From positions 14,009-78,008 of IMG/VR virus record IMGVR_UViG_3300013947_000035: a stretch of DNA of 64,000 nucleotides, one strand, 5' to 3'. The DNA is from a virus. Its lineage: Duplodnaviria; Caudoviricetes. Below, one piece after another: positions 46,400-56,200 of the stretch (position 1 is its first letter; every line of letters starts with the position of its first letter). The notes beneath the pieces were generated by a model. It made no database searches and was not told the DNA's origin. It saw only the letters and a program-made list of their open reading frames with translations. The position numbers and the translations under genes were made by a program.

Positions 46400-47710
46400 A
46401 TGTTAGGTAAACTATTATCTATGGTAGTAACGAGTGGAGCAAATAATCCATGGAGACCTACGAACCAAGAACAATTTGACGAAATGGTTGCTGATAAAGA
46501 TAAGGCTGGCAACTATATTGAATATGCAGGCGGTACATATCGAGTTGAGCCAGAAGAATACAAGGGTAAGATTGCGGTTGGCGATGTATTGGCTGGATTT
46601 TATTTTGATATTTCAAAAACGCCGAAGTCATCCTATTCGCCCACATTCGACGTACCAAGAATCCATCTTTATACGTCTTCAGATGGAACTGTTGTTACTG
46701 TAAAATCTCAATATCTAATGGTAAAAGACGAGACAGCTCTTGTCGGCACCACAAATGATAAAACAACCGTAAGACAAGGTTTGCAAATATGGCAGTCAAA
46801 TAGCAGTAACGCATATGCTATTGTGTGGGTAATAGGTGACGGTGAACTCGACGCCTTGTATGACCATGGGCTGATAGCATATCCCGACAAGTGGTTGATT
46901 GGAACAAATTATGTGCAAAACTCTATTGGTTTCATTCCTACATATGTTCTTGAAGATAACAATAGTAGTTATGGTAGATGGAATGGCGTAGGAGGTTTCA
47001 TTTGTTCCACTCTGGCGCCTCAATATGCGAAAAGATATTATGCTTTATCTTCGTTGACAAACCCTGCGTCAAGTAGAGATATTGCAAATGGGAAAGTGGC
47101 ATATGGCGATACAGGGTATAGAATTGAAGGGACATATCAAAAAGAACCGAATCCGTTAAACCCTACAACCGAAGCCCAATATAATAAACTACTTATACCA
47201 GATAATATCGGAAAATTTATTGATTATAATAATAAATTTTGGAGAATCGAAAATATTTCGTTTTCGGGAACATTTTCGGCAAATGATTCAATTTCTGCAG
47301 TTTATTTTGATACAACAAAAACGCCGACTATTCCTGATTTTACTACCGAATATGAAGAATATGAAGGGGTTAAATTAAAATATTTATTTAAGACTGCAGA
47401 AGACGCGGTAGAAGGAATGCCGTCTGCTGGATTGTTTTTTATGCACGACGATTCGGAAGATAATAGTGGCGAGATTCTATGCTTTCTTTCTGGCAAATCT
47501 TTTTATTCTGTATGGTCTAATGTATTAATTGAGGGGTCAATAGGCTGGGTTTTAGATGAATTTGGTGGTAACGATACAACCGCTTGTAGCCTTACATTGC
47601 CAGAAGCAAAAACTGTTTCGTCAATAAATGCTAATGATAACTGGAATGGCGTATATGTATTCAAAAATAGAGAAGTTCAAATCGATGAATATATTAAAGC
47701 CACAAATTAA
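46400..47710 (+). CDS. receptor-binding / fibre-associated protein with internal duplication
   Basis: Two NP..PT...Q....G.YI.Y...R.E...YFD..KTP units. Confidence 0.6.
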   Translation: MLGKLLSMVVTSGANNPWRPTNQEQFDEMVADKDKAGNYIEYAGGTYRVEPEEYKGKIAVGDVLAGFYFDISKTPKSSYSPTFDVPRIHLYTSSDGTVVTVKSQYLMVKDETALVGTTNDKTTVRQGLQIWQSNSSNAYAIVWVIGDGELDALYDHGLIAYPDKWLIGTNYVQNSIGFIPTYVLEDNNSSYGRWNGVGGFICSTLAPQYAKRYYALSSLTNPASSRDIANGKVAYGDTGYRIEGTYQKEPNPLNPTTEAQYNKLLIPDNIGKFIDYNNKFWRIENISFSGTFSANDSISAVYFDTTKTPTIPDFTTEYEEYEGVKLKYLFKTAEDAVEGMPSAGLFFMHDDSEDNSGEILCFLSGKSFYSVWSNVLIEGSIGWVLDEFGGNDTTACSLTLPEAKTVSSINANDNWNGVYVFKNREVQIDEYIKATN

Positions 47711-47743
47711 AACAAATTCAAAAAAATTCAAATTTATTATGCT

Positions 47744-47780
47744 AACCCCATTGACAGTAGTCGGTGGGGTTTGGTATTAT
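47744..47780 (+). promoter_or_regulatory. promoter in an AACCCCATTG inverted repeat
   Basis: AACCCCATTG-N8-CGGTGGGGTT; TTGACA(47751)-18-TATTAT. Confidence 0.75.
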
Positions 47781-47810
47781 ATAGGCACCGAAAACGAAAG
47801 GAGAATGAAG

Positions 47811-48047
47811 ATGAAAACAACAATCGAATGGTTCACACCCAAAGAGAAAACACCCAGAAACGGAGAAGTGCTCGCTTTGTGCACGCCAGGTTATATTACT
47901 ACGTTGAATGTCTATGACGGGCATTTCAACTGCTCGTGCGGTGATAGTTTCGAAACCGAAATCGAAGTCGTAGTGTGGGCGTATACTCCAAAAAAACTCG
48001 AAGATATCGCAAACGTGAGATGGATGGTGAAATACGATGAAAACTGA
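47811..48047 (+). CDS. DUF551-like small protein
   Basis: W.....K.P...VL...V.WAY.P; AAGGAG RBS favours 47811. Confidence 0.65.
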   Translation: MKTTIEWFTPKEKTPRNGEVLALCTPGYITTLNVYDGHFNCSCGDSFETEIEVVVWAYTPKKLEDIANVRWMVKYDEN

Positions 48048-48339
48048 ACAAGCGATAGCAGAGATTATCAAGGCAAAATATAAGGAATGGCTCGACACGA
48101 CAGGCGTTATTCCCGAAGGCACAACTTATTATGCAGAATGCTTGAGTGTTGGTGACGACTGCGCCGAAATCATTATCGATACCGTTTACGATGTCATTAT
48201 AAAACAAGCGCAAATCGAAGTGCTGAATAGGTTGAAAAAACGCAGTTATTGTGATAACGATTTTATGGACGGCAAGTGGCATAGATATGTGTTTGTTGAA
48301 GATATCGATAAACTCATCGAAGAGGTGCAAGAACAATGA
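48037..48339 (+). CDS. hypothetical protein
   Basis: 100 aa; overlapping start/stop chain. Confidence 0.7.
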   Translation: MKTEQAIAEIIKAKYKEWLDTTGVIPEGTTYYAECLSVGDDCAEIIIDTVYDVIIKQAQIEVLNRLKKRSYCDNDFMDGKWHRYVFVEDIDKLIEEVQEQ

Positions 48340-48572
48340 TACGTCATCTTAGTCTTAGTATCGAAGGCGCGCTCAAAAACGCAAAAGATTTCGTCGGCTG
48401 TATCGAAACCGAAGACGGCAAGACCCTGAATACGGTTGCGGAAGTGAAAGCGTTTTTCAAAGAGCAACTGGATATGGGCAGAAAATATCTCCCTTACGGC
48501 GAATGTGATAATTTCGATTATCAACACGGTTGCAAAGGACACCCAAGCGAGAAAAAGGAAACGGGGCAATGA
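48336..48572 (+). CDS. conserved phage hypothetical protein
   Basis: G...LP.GECDNFDY..GC.GH motif. Confidence 0.75.
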   Translation: MIRHLSLSIEGALKNAKDFVGCIETEDGKTLNTVAEVKAFFKEQLDMGRKYLPYGECDNFDYQHGCKGHPSEKKETGQ

Positions 48573-48817
48573 ACGCGAAGAAGATAATGGATTTCGCCGA
48601 ACAACACGCAAGCGATGAGAATATGTTCAATGATTTGGAAGAAGAATTGGACCAAGAAAAGTATGATGTACTTCTCGAACTCGAATCGGACCCAAACAAC
48701 AAAACGCTTAATAGACAATATGTGGATATCTGCGAAAAGCAGAGAATGGTCCATATAATGAGACAGCAAAGACTCGAATTGTTTTTGCAGGCTCAAAAAC
48801 ACGGAATAATAAATTAA
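48569..48817 (+). CDS. hypothetical protein
   Basis: ATGA overlap with the previous stop favours 48569. Confidence 0.7.
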   Translation: MNAKKIMDFAEQHASDENMFNDLEEELDQEKYDVLLELESDPNNKTLNRQYVDICEKQRMVHIMRQQRLELFLQAQKHGIIN

Positions 48818-48841
48818 CGGAATTAAAAAGGAAAAAAAACT

Positions 48842-49375
48842 ATGAAAAAACAAAATGACAATCTTACACCTGCTCAATTTTTGACGGTAATAAAAACCGA
48901 ACCCAATCGAAATTGGAACGAATATGTATTCATTATTTTGGGGAAATCGGGTCCGACGGGCAAAACTTGGTTAAAGGAACAGATTACGAAATTGGGTTTT
49001 AAGGCTTTCGAAATAACAGACTCCCTCTATCCCTTTGTCGGATATCACGATAGCCAAAATCATTATACTGTTGATGAGCCAGAAAAACAAGTAACCATTA
49101 TTCTGAATGAAACACTTGCTCAATATCGCCCGAAATTCAACGGTTCAAGTAGAGTTCGTGTTAAAAGTTGGGAAGAAGTGGGCAAAATGTATGGCGGCGA
49201 AAATAGCGAAGAATTTTTGGGCGAATCAGACCGTCTATATGCGGTAATTAAACCTATTTGCGGCAAAAGCGGAGAAATTATGGAAGAGCTTGGACGCCAT
49301 TATCGCATCAAATTTGACGGTTCTTCTTCCGAATATAAATGGTACATTGATAAAGATTTGTTGATAGAGGAATAA
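48842..49375 (+). CDS. hypothetical protein with P-loop-like motif
   Basis: ILGKSGPTGKTW; possible SH3-like C-terminus. Confidence 0.65.
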   Translation: MKKQNDNLTPAQFLTVIKTEPNRNWNEYVFIILGKSGPTGKTWLKEQITKLGFKAFEITDSLYPFVGYHDSQNHYTVDEPEKQVTIILNETLAQYRPKFNGSSRVRVKSWEEVGKMYGGENSEEFLGESDRLYAVIKPICGKSGEIMEELGRHYRIKFDGSSSEYKWYIDKDLLIEE

Positions 49376-49376
49376 T

Positions 49377-49727
49377 ATGATACGCAAAAAAGACATAAAC
49401 GAAATCAATTCCAAACTCGACGCGCTTTCGGGACAAGTTATTAAAAAAGCGACAGCATACGATAGGGAACACGATTTCTTGAAAGAAATCAAAGTCAATA
49501 TCGCAAAATGTTCGGTCATTTTCGATGAAAAGTCAATTCGATATGCAGTCAAAATCGAATACGATTTCGCCCCGACAATACTTTATATCGAAGACGACGG
49601 CGAGGCTACGCTCAACGAAAGATTGCGAGCGATAAACGAATTGAGATTGATTCCGACAAATCAACTCGACCAAATTCAATTTGCAATCGAGAGGGCAAAA
49701 AAATTAAATGCAGGAGGAACAGAGTGA
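49377..49727 (+). CDS. hypothetical protein
   Basis: 116 aa; GAGG RBS. Confidence 0.7.
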   Translation: MIRKKDINEINSKLDALSGQVIKKATAYDREHDFLKEIKVNIAKCSVIFDEKSIRYAVKIEYDFAPTILYIEDDGEATLNERLRAINELRLIPTNQLDQIQFAIERAKKLNAGGTE

Positions 49728-49975
49728 ACGCGAAAAAATTTGGAACATATGTCAAGTCGAATCGATTTGCAAAAGGTTTTTCTTTGGCAGACGCGGCTGA
49801 CAAGATAGGGCTTTCGCAACAGCAACTTATCAACATTGAGAAAGGAACGAATAGCCCGCAACCTGCCACTTTTATGAAGATTGTGAACGGACTCGGCTTG
49901 AATTTGAGAGAAGCGATAATAATGTTGGAGGACGAAGGCGATGACGCCGTTGACAAAAGAGAATTACAGAACTAA
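49724..49975 (+). CDS. XRE/Cro-family HTH regulator
   Basis: SLADAADKIGLSQQQLINIEKG..SP. Confidence 0.85.
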   Translation: MNAKKFGTYVKSNRFAKGFSLADAADKIGLSQQQLINIEKGTNSPQPATFMKIVNGLGLNLREAIIMLEDEGDDAVDKRELQN

Positions 49976-50753
49976 TCACGATTATATGTCGTATTCGAGA
50001 TTTTGTAGATTTCTTGAATGCGAAGCGAGCGCGGCAGCAAATTACCACCAACCGTCGACAGAATCGCAACTTGTAGGCTCATATGTCGACGCACATTTCA
50101 GTCACGAAATAGACGAATTCAAAGCCGAACACTCCGAAATTTTCTTGAAATCGGGCGAATTAAAAGCGAATTTCAAAAAAGCGGACGATTTGATTGAACG
50201 AATCAATCAAGATTCCGAAATGGTACGTCTTTTGAGCGGTGAAAATCAAGCAATAATGACAGGCGAAATCGACGGCGTGCCTTTCAAAATCAAAATGGAC
50301 TCATATCTCAAAGACGAAGCCATAGTCGATTTGAAAGTTATGAAAGATTTTAACCGAGTATGGTCTGACGCTTTCGGCGGATATACCAACTTCGCAATCG
50401 CATACAACTACGACATCGAACTTGCAATCTTCCAAGAAATCGTATATCAAAATACGGGCAATCGCCTTCCCTGCTATCTTGTGTGTGTAACGAAAGAAAC
50501 ACCTTCGGATGTAGGTATATTCGAAATCCCGCAAGAGGACCTCGACAAGGCATTGACTATCGTAAAACATAATTTGCCTCGAATAAAAGGCATACTCGAC
50601 GGCGAGATTGCACCGCAAAGATGTGAAAAGTGTGCATATTGCAGAGAAACAAAAAAAGCAACAATAATCGATTTTAATTACATCGGCGCAACAGGCGACC
50701 AACTCAGAGAAGCGGGTTATGAATGCGTCGACGAAAAAATAAAGAAGGAGTAA
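49941..50753 (+). CDS. PD-(D/E)XK exonuclease-like protein (DUF3799/RecE-like)
   Basis: YMSYS.F, K.K.DSY, IVDLKVM, YDI.LAIFQ. Confidence 0.8.
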   Translation: MTPLTKENYRTNHDYMSYSRFCRFLECEASAAANYHQPSTESQLVGSYVDAHFSHEIDEFKAEHSEIFLKSGELKANFKKADDLIERINQDSEMVRLLSGENQAIMTGEIDGVPFKIKMDSYLKDEAIVDLKVMKDFNRVWSDAFGGYTNFAIAYNYDIELAIFQEIVYQNTGNRLPCYLVCVTKETPSDVGIFEIPQEDLDKALTIVKHNLPRIKGILDGEIAPQRCEKCAYCRETKKATIIDFNYIGATGDQLREAGYECVDEKIKKE

Positions 50754-50758
50754 TAACT

Positions 50759-51268
50759 ATGGCTCATTGGAAACAACTTGCCGATTATAATTATATGGGC
50801 GCATTCTCGCTCGACGGCATAGCAAAAGAAGTGGTAGTAACAATTAAAAGTGTTGCCCAAGAACTCGTAACGGGTCCGAACGGTAAACAAGACCCTTGCA
50901 TTGTGGCTCACTTCGCAGAAGAACACGTAAACGGCGTTGAAATCAAACCGATGATTCTCAATAAGACAAACTGTAAGGCGATTGAGAAAGCACTCGGCAC
51001 AGGTGATATAGATGGCTGGATTGGCAAACAAGTCGTGGTTTATGCAACGACAACAAAATATCAAAGGGATATGGTGCCTTGCCTCAGAATCAAAGATACG
51101 CCCGCCCCGAAGCAACTCAAAAAATCGCAATTCTTTTGCAGTGTCTGCGGCAAAGAAATCAATAAAAATACTTACGACGCAAGCGTAGCAAAATACGGTG
51201 TGGCATTGTGTTCGGCTGAATGCAAAGCAAAACACGACGACCAACCAAGCCAAAACGAAAACAAATAA
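50759..51268 (+). CDS. putative ssDNA-binding/recombination accessory protein with C-terminal Zn finger
   Basis: KPMILNKTN..AI....W.GK.V; C..CG...C..C; AAGGAG RBS favours 50759. Confidence 0.55.
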   Translation: MAHWKQLADYNYMGAFSLDGIAKEVVVTIKSVAQELVTGPNGKQDPCIVAHFAEEHVNGVEIKPMILNKTNCKAIEKALGTGDIDGWIGKQVVVYATTTKYQRDMVPCLRIKDTPAPKQLKKSQFFCSVCGKEINKNTYDASVAKYGVALCSAECKAKHDDQPSQNENK

Positions 51269-51286
51269 GAAGGAGAATAAAACAAT

Positions 51287-51778
51287 ATGGCACTTAATTT
51301 TTCAGGCAAAGTCGATTCCGATTACGAACTTATCGAAAAAGGCGATTATGAAGTAACGCTTAATTGCGATTACAAGAAGACGAACGCAGGTACATTGTAT
51401 ATCAACTGCAAATTTGCAATCAGAAAAGACGTTGAGCAATCTTTCGGCGGCAGATACATTTTTGACGCAATTTACAAAACACAAGGCACCGACGATTATA
51501 ACAAAACCAAAATCAACGCAATCTTGGCGGCGATTCCGAATGCGAAACTCGATTTTGAAAATTATGACGAACTCGTTCAATATCTCAACGGTCAAAATAT
51601 GATTATTTCGGTTGACGTAGAACCTGCGAATCAATATCATCAAAACGATAAAAATATCGTCAAATATCTTTCTTACAGACCGTCGGAAGTCGGCGCGGAT
51701 GATAGCGATACAACAGCAAGTGCAACGACCGACGAAGCGGGAAGTTGGGAACCTGTCGATGGCGACCTTCCGTTCTAA
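51287..51778 (+). CDS. DUF669-like phage SSB
   Basis: LIEKGDYEV, R.IFD; acidic tail ending DGDLPF. Confidence 0.75.
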   Translation: MALNFSGKVDSDYELIEKGDYEVTLNCDYKKTNAGTLYINCKFAIRKDVEQSFGGRYIFDAIYKTQGTDDYNKTKINAILAAIPNAKLDFENYDELVQYLNGQNMIISVDVEPANQYHQNDKNIVKYLSYRPSEVGADDSDTTASATTDEAGSWEPVDGDLPF

Positions 51779-51800
51779 AAAAAATAAAAATTCAAGCACT

Positions 51801-51837
51801 AACCCCATTGACAACTTCAATGGGGTTTTGCTATCAT
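51801..51837 (+). promoter_or_regulatory. promoter in a perfect AACCCCATTG inverted repeat
   Basis: AACCCCATTG-N7-CAATGGGGTT; TTGACA(51808)-18-TATCAT. Confidence 0.75.
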
Positions 51838-51869
51838 AAAAACACTCAACAAAAAGGTCAAAGGGAAAA

Positions 51870-54374
51870 ATGACAACGACAGAATTAAACAAAAGATACC
51901 AAAATATTCCACAAGAATTAAAATCATTAAAAAGGTGGGTAGGCTATAAAGTCGAAACTCTTGCAAGCGGAAAGCAAACGAAGCGCCCGTACAATGCGCT
52001 TTCGGGAATGTTGGCAAGAGTAAACGATTCTATTACGTGGTCTACCTTTAATCTTGCTCTTTCAGGCTGTGAAAAATTTAATTTTGACGGAATCGGTTTC
52101 GTTCTTGGTGACGGAATCTTCGGCGTTGATTTGGATAATCATACGGACGAGAATACGCCCGAAGAAGAAATTGCAGAATTCAAACGTCTTGCAAATGAAT
52201 TCGTTGCGACTTTGAACTCGTATACAGAATGGTCTCAAAGCGGAAAAGGTATTCACATTATCTGCAAAGGGAAACTTCCCGAAGGCTCTCGCAGAAAAGG
52301 TTGCGTTGAAATGTACGACGAAAATAGATTCTTTGCTTTTACGGGGAAAGCGATTCGCAATATTCCTCTACAAGACCGCCAAGAAGAAATTAAGCCGCTT
52401 TGGAATAAATATGTATACACACCAGTGATACAGCCACAACCGCAGTATAACAGGGCAAATAACGGTTTGTACGAGACCTTAAAACTTTCGGACCAAGAAA
52501 TTCTCGAAAACGTTGCGAATTCGAGACAGAGCGAAGTGTTTTTCCGTTATTATGATAACGGCGATATTAGTCTTCAAGGCGGCGACGCTTCCAAAGCCGA
52601 TATGGCTTTTTGTAGTATGCTCGCGTTTTGGTGCAATAAAGATGTCGTTCAAATGGACAGAATTTTCCGTAACAGTGGTTTAATGCGTCCGAAATGGGAC
52701 GAACATCGCGGCGCAAAAACATATGGACAGATTACACTTGACGTTGCGTGTAGGAATGTCGGCGAAACTTACGTTAAAAAGGAACTCATAGATAAGGTTA
52801 ATATCGGCAAAAAGACGGTTGTAATTGAAACGACAGCCAAATCTACTGAAGGTGAAGACGGCAAATCTGAATCGCCCGAAACGAATTATATACCGAGTTT
52901 AGACGAAAACGGTGAGCCGATATTCAGAATAAAGAAGGTTTACGGGTCTTATTCATATTCAGATACGGGCAATGCGCTGAAATTCTATGACTATTTCGGA
53001 GATTTGTTCAAATATAACGTCACCGATAAAATATTTATGTTTTGGACGGGCAAAACTTGGATAAGAGACTACAAAAATGTAGTTCGTAAATATGCCAATA
53101 AACTCATTGAGATAATGAAAGAAGACGACCAAGCGATGGTAGAAAAAATCGAAGCCCTTTCAAGTGAGGGGCGAGTAGACGAATCAAAGCGCTTGGAAAA
53201 GATTCTCGAAGCGTCCAAAAAAAATACTGCTCGTGTTGCAAACAAAGCGGGAAAGGACGCAATGTTGGCAGAATTCCAAACGCTTAAAGACATTCCCGTA
53301 ACGAATGATATTTTTGATAAATACGACTATTTGTTGAATACGGAATCGGGCATTGTCGATTTGAGAACGGGGGCGATTTCGTCTTTCGATAAGACAAAAC
53401 TATTATCAAAGAACACACATACAAAAGTATCATTTGAACGGTCGGAAGTGTGGGAAAAATTCCTTTGGAGTATCTTTGATAACGGAAATATTGCGGACAC
53501 GCAAGAGATAATAGATTCGTTGCAAACCTGTATCGGTTATTCGCTTTCAGGGTCGACCGAAGAACAATGTATGTTCTTGCTTTATGGTGACGGTTCGAAT
53601 GGCAAATCAACACTTGTTGAAACGATTTCAAACGTTATCGGCGATTATGGAACGAGTATGGATTCAAAACTTCTTGTTACGCAAAAGGGGCAAACAAATT
53701 CACCCGCCGAATATGCGATTGCAAAATTGCAAAAAGTTAGATTTGTAACCACAGGTGAAACTGACGAGGGCGGACGCTTGTCAGAGGCTCAAACCAAAAT
53801 TTTGACGGGTAGTGACCCTGTTAACGCTCGTTTTCCGTATGGCAATCCGTTCACGTTTATTCCAAACTTCAAGATTTGGATGTCGTCGAACTATTTGCCA
53901 AATATTCGCGGTAAAGATTTTGGTATTTGGCGACGTATTTTCTTGTTTATTTTCTGTAACATATTTACGGAAGAACAAAAAGATAAGTCGTTGCCGTCAA
54001 AACTACGTATGGAAGCAGATAAGATTCTTGGTTGGTGCATAAAAGGCTTTTTGATGTATCAAGAACATAAAGAACTTATCAAATCAAAACAAACACTAAC
54101 GGCGACAGCCGATTTCAAGAAAAAGAACGACCAAGTTCTGCAATTTATCGACGAAAAATGTATCATCGATTCGCATTCAAACATTGAATGTACTGAATTG
54201 TATGAAGCATACAAGGTTTGGGCGCAAAACAATACCGACTTCGTTAAGAAAGAGAGCCAATTTAGCTCTGAACTCACGGCAAAAGACGGTATCAGACGTG
54301 AAAGAAACGGCGTTAAGGCTTGGTGCTATTACGGCATAAGGCTCAACGGTGTAAATATTAGAAAAAAGGATTAA
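51870..54374 (+). CDS. primase-polymerase (NrS-1-like AEP) fused to D5/P4-type SF3 helicase
   Basis: GVDLD, YTE.S.SGKG.HII, EMY...RFF..TG; HBD S.AD.A....LAFW; D5_N; Walker A GDGSNGKST. Confidence 0.9.
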   Translation: MTTTELNKRYQNIPQELKSLKRWVGYKVETLASGKQTKRPYNALSGMLARVNDSITWSTFNLALSGCEKFNFDGIGFVLGDGIFGVDLDNHTDENTPEEEIAEFKRLANEFVATLNSYTEWSQSGKGIHIICKGKLPEGSRRKGCVEMYDENRFFAFTGKAIRNIPLQDRQEEIKPLWNKYVYTPVIQPQPQYNRANNGLYETLKLSDQEILENVANSRQSEVFFRYYDNGDISLQGGDASKADMAFCSMLAFWCNKDVVQMDRIFRNSGLMRPKWDEHRGAKTYGQITLDVACRNVGETYVKKELIDKVNIGKKTVVIETTAKSTEGEDGKSESPETNYIPSLDENGEPIFRIKKVYGSYSYSDTGNALKFYDYFGDLFKYNVTDKIFMFWTGKTWIRDYKNVVRKYANKLIEIMKEDDQAMVEKIEALSSEGRVDESKRLEKILEASKKNTARVANKAGKDAMLAEFQTLKDIPVTNDIFDKYDYLLNTESGIVDLRTGAISSFDKTKLLSKNTHTKVSFERSEVWEKFLWSIFDNGNIADTQEIIDSLQTCIGYSLSGSTEEQCMFLLYGDGSNGKSTLVETISNVIGDYGTSMDSKLLVTQKGQTNSPAEYAIAKLQKVRFVTTGETDEGGRLSEAQTKILTGSDPVNARFPYGNPFTFIPNFKIWMSSNYLPNIRGKDFGIWRRIFLFIFCNIFTEEQKDKSLPSKLRMEADKILGWCIKGFLMYQEHKELIKSKQTLTATADFKKKNDQVLQFIDEKCIIDSHSNIECTELYEAYKVWAQNNTDFVKKESQFSSELTAKDGIRRERNGVKAWCYYGIRLNGVNIRKKD

Positions 54375-54377
54375 GAT

Positions 54378-54785
54378 ATGGGAAAAATACAAGGCGACTG
54401 CGGCAAGCAAACTGAACAAGAACTCGCACTATTTCTTCGGGGTTTAGGCTATTGGGCGTATATAATTCCGAAAAAAGTCGGTGGACAACCCTTTGACGTT
54501 ATTGCGTGTAAAAAGAAAAAGGTGTGGCTTCTCGATGCCAAACACCTCGAAGCGGCGGAAGCGTCCTTTTCTCTCGACAGAATCGAGCCGAATCAATGGA
54601 CATCTATGGAATATGCAAAAACGCTCGCCGATGTTGAGAACATGGGATTTGCAATCTATTGGGAAAGAAAACACGAGTTTTACTTTCTGCACTACAACGA
54701 CGCGATTTTTTTCAAACAAAACGGCATCAAATCAGTTAAGATTGACGAACTTCCATTGCTGTTGTACGAGGAAACAATAAGATGA
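54378..54785 (+). CDS. Holliday junction resolvase-like PD-(D/E)XK nuclease
   Basis: G...E..LA..L, QPFDVIA, LLDAK. Confidence 0.75.
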   Translation: MGKIQGDCGKQTEQELALFLRGLGYWAYIIPKKVGGQPFDVIACKKKKVWLLDAKHLEAAEASFSLDRIEPNQWTSMEYAKTLADVENMGFAIYWERKHEFYFLHYNDAIFFKQNGIKSVKIDELPLLLYEETIR

Positions 54786-56200
54786 GAGCGATACTTTCAA
54801 ATGAAATCCGAATCGAAGACGCTTCGCCAGAAATTATAGCGTGGTGCAAACGATTTTTGGTTTATAACAATCCCGAATATCAGCAATTGATGAGAATGGG
54901 CAAAGAAGATTATATCCGTTGGAAACACATTCCAGAGAAGATTCAGCTTCATTATATGGACGGAAATATTCTCGTGGTGCCATTTGGCTGTCTGTACGCC
55001 CTTTTACCAATGTTGGAGCAAAACAGTTGCACAATCTATCAAAAATTCAACGACAACGCTGAAATCTCGTTTAAGGACGCCAAAGTGCAAGGCATTGACA
55101 GTTTTTTCGATTATCAAGAGGACGCAATCACCGCCGCAATAAAAGCAAAAGGCGGCGTAATCGTCGCTGGGTGCGGTTCTGGCAAAACCTACACAGGCAT
55201 GGAATTAATCCATAGAATCGGCAAGAGAGCGCTTTGGTTATGCCATACAGGCGATTTGTTGCGGCAAGCGCGAGATGACCTTCTTAAGCTTTATCCGACA
55301 GCAAAAATCGGACTTACAACCGAAGGTAAACTCGATATAGGCGAAGATATCACGATTTCAACAGTGCAAACTATGTGCAAAATCGACCCGAACTTGTACA
55401 AAGATAAATTTGATGTTATAATATGTGACGAAGCTGCTCACGTTTGCGGAACGCCTACAAAACTAAAAATGTTCACGAGCGTATTGTCAAAGATTCCTGC
55501 TCGTTATAAATTCGGTCTTACAGCCACGCCCACGCGCGCTGACGGGCTTATAAACGCAATGTACGCTTATGTCGGAATGAATCCTAATGGAACGTTCTCG
55601 CCTGCGTATAAGGTCGAAAGAGAGCGCGTAAACACAATGGAAGCGCAACATATCCGAATCGACATCGATAATCAACTCACAATAGTGGATAAAATGCAGT
55701 TCCTGGATACAGCAGGTATGACGGACTATATGAAATTGGTTGCGTTTCTATGCGAAAGACAATCTCGAAATGCAATTATTGTTGATAATATCGTCAAATG
55801 CGCGCAAGAAGGTCGCAAACAAATCGTCCTTTCATTGCGTATCGAACATTGTAAAATTCTGGTTCAGATGTTACAAGAACGCGGCGTCAATGCGGTATTG
55901 TGTATAGGCGAAACTTCGGCAAAAAAACGTGAAGCAATATTAAAACAACAAGTTGATTGGGACGTTATTGTCGCAACCTATTCGCTTCTAAAAGAAGGCG
56001 TTTCGATTAAAGAACTCGACACATTGCATTTTTGCTCGCCCGCAAAAGAAAAGGGTTTGATTGTACAATGTGCAGGGCGTATCGAACGCTATCTCGAAGG
56101 CAAAAAACAACCGCTCATATATGATTATGTCGATATAGACATTCCATATTGTGAAAGAGCATATAAACAAAGAAAATCGGCATTAAAAAGGAGGTTCTAA
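54782..56200 (+). CDS. SF2 DEAD/DEAH-box helicase
   Basis: GCGSGKT, DEAAH, TAT, QCAGRIER. Confidence 0.9.
   Translation: MRAILSNEIRIEDASPEIIAWCKRFLVYNNPEYQQLMRMGKEDYIRWKHIPEKIQLHYMDGNILVVPFGCLYALLPMLEQNSCTIYQKFNDNAEISFKDAKVQGIDSFFDYQEDAITAAIKAKGGVIVAGCGSGKTYTGMELIHRIGKRALWLCHTGDLLRQARDDLLKLYPTAKIGLTTEGKLDIGEDITISTVQTMCKIDPNLYKDKFDVIICDEAAHVCGTPTKLKMFTSVLSKIPARYKFGLTATPTRADGLINAMYAYVGMNPNGTFSPAYKVERERVNTMEAQHIRIDIDNQLTIVDKMQFLDTAGMTDYMKLVAFLCERQSRNAIIVDNIVKCAQEGRKQIVLSLRIEHCKILVQMLQERGVNAVLCIGETSAKKREAILKQQVDWDVIVATYSLLKEGVSIKELDTLHFCSPAKEKGLIVQCAGRIERYLEGKKQPLIYDYVDIDIPYCERAYKQRKSALKRRF

Noticed and set aside
29574-47710. Diversity-generating retroelement acting on fibre genes
   Set aside because: No reverse transcriptase in the window, and the shared ~80-bp segment does not differ specifically at adenines.
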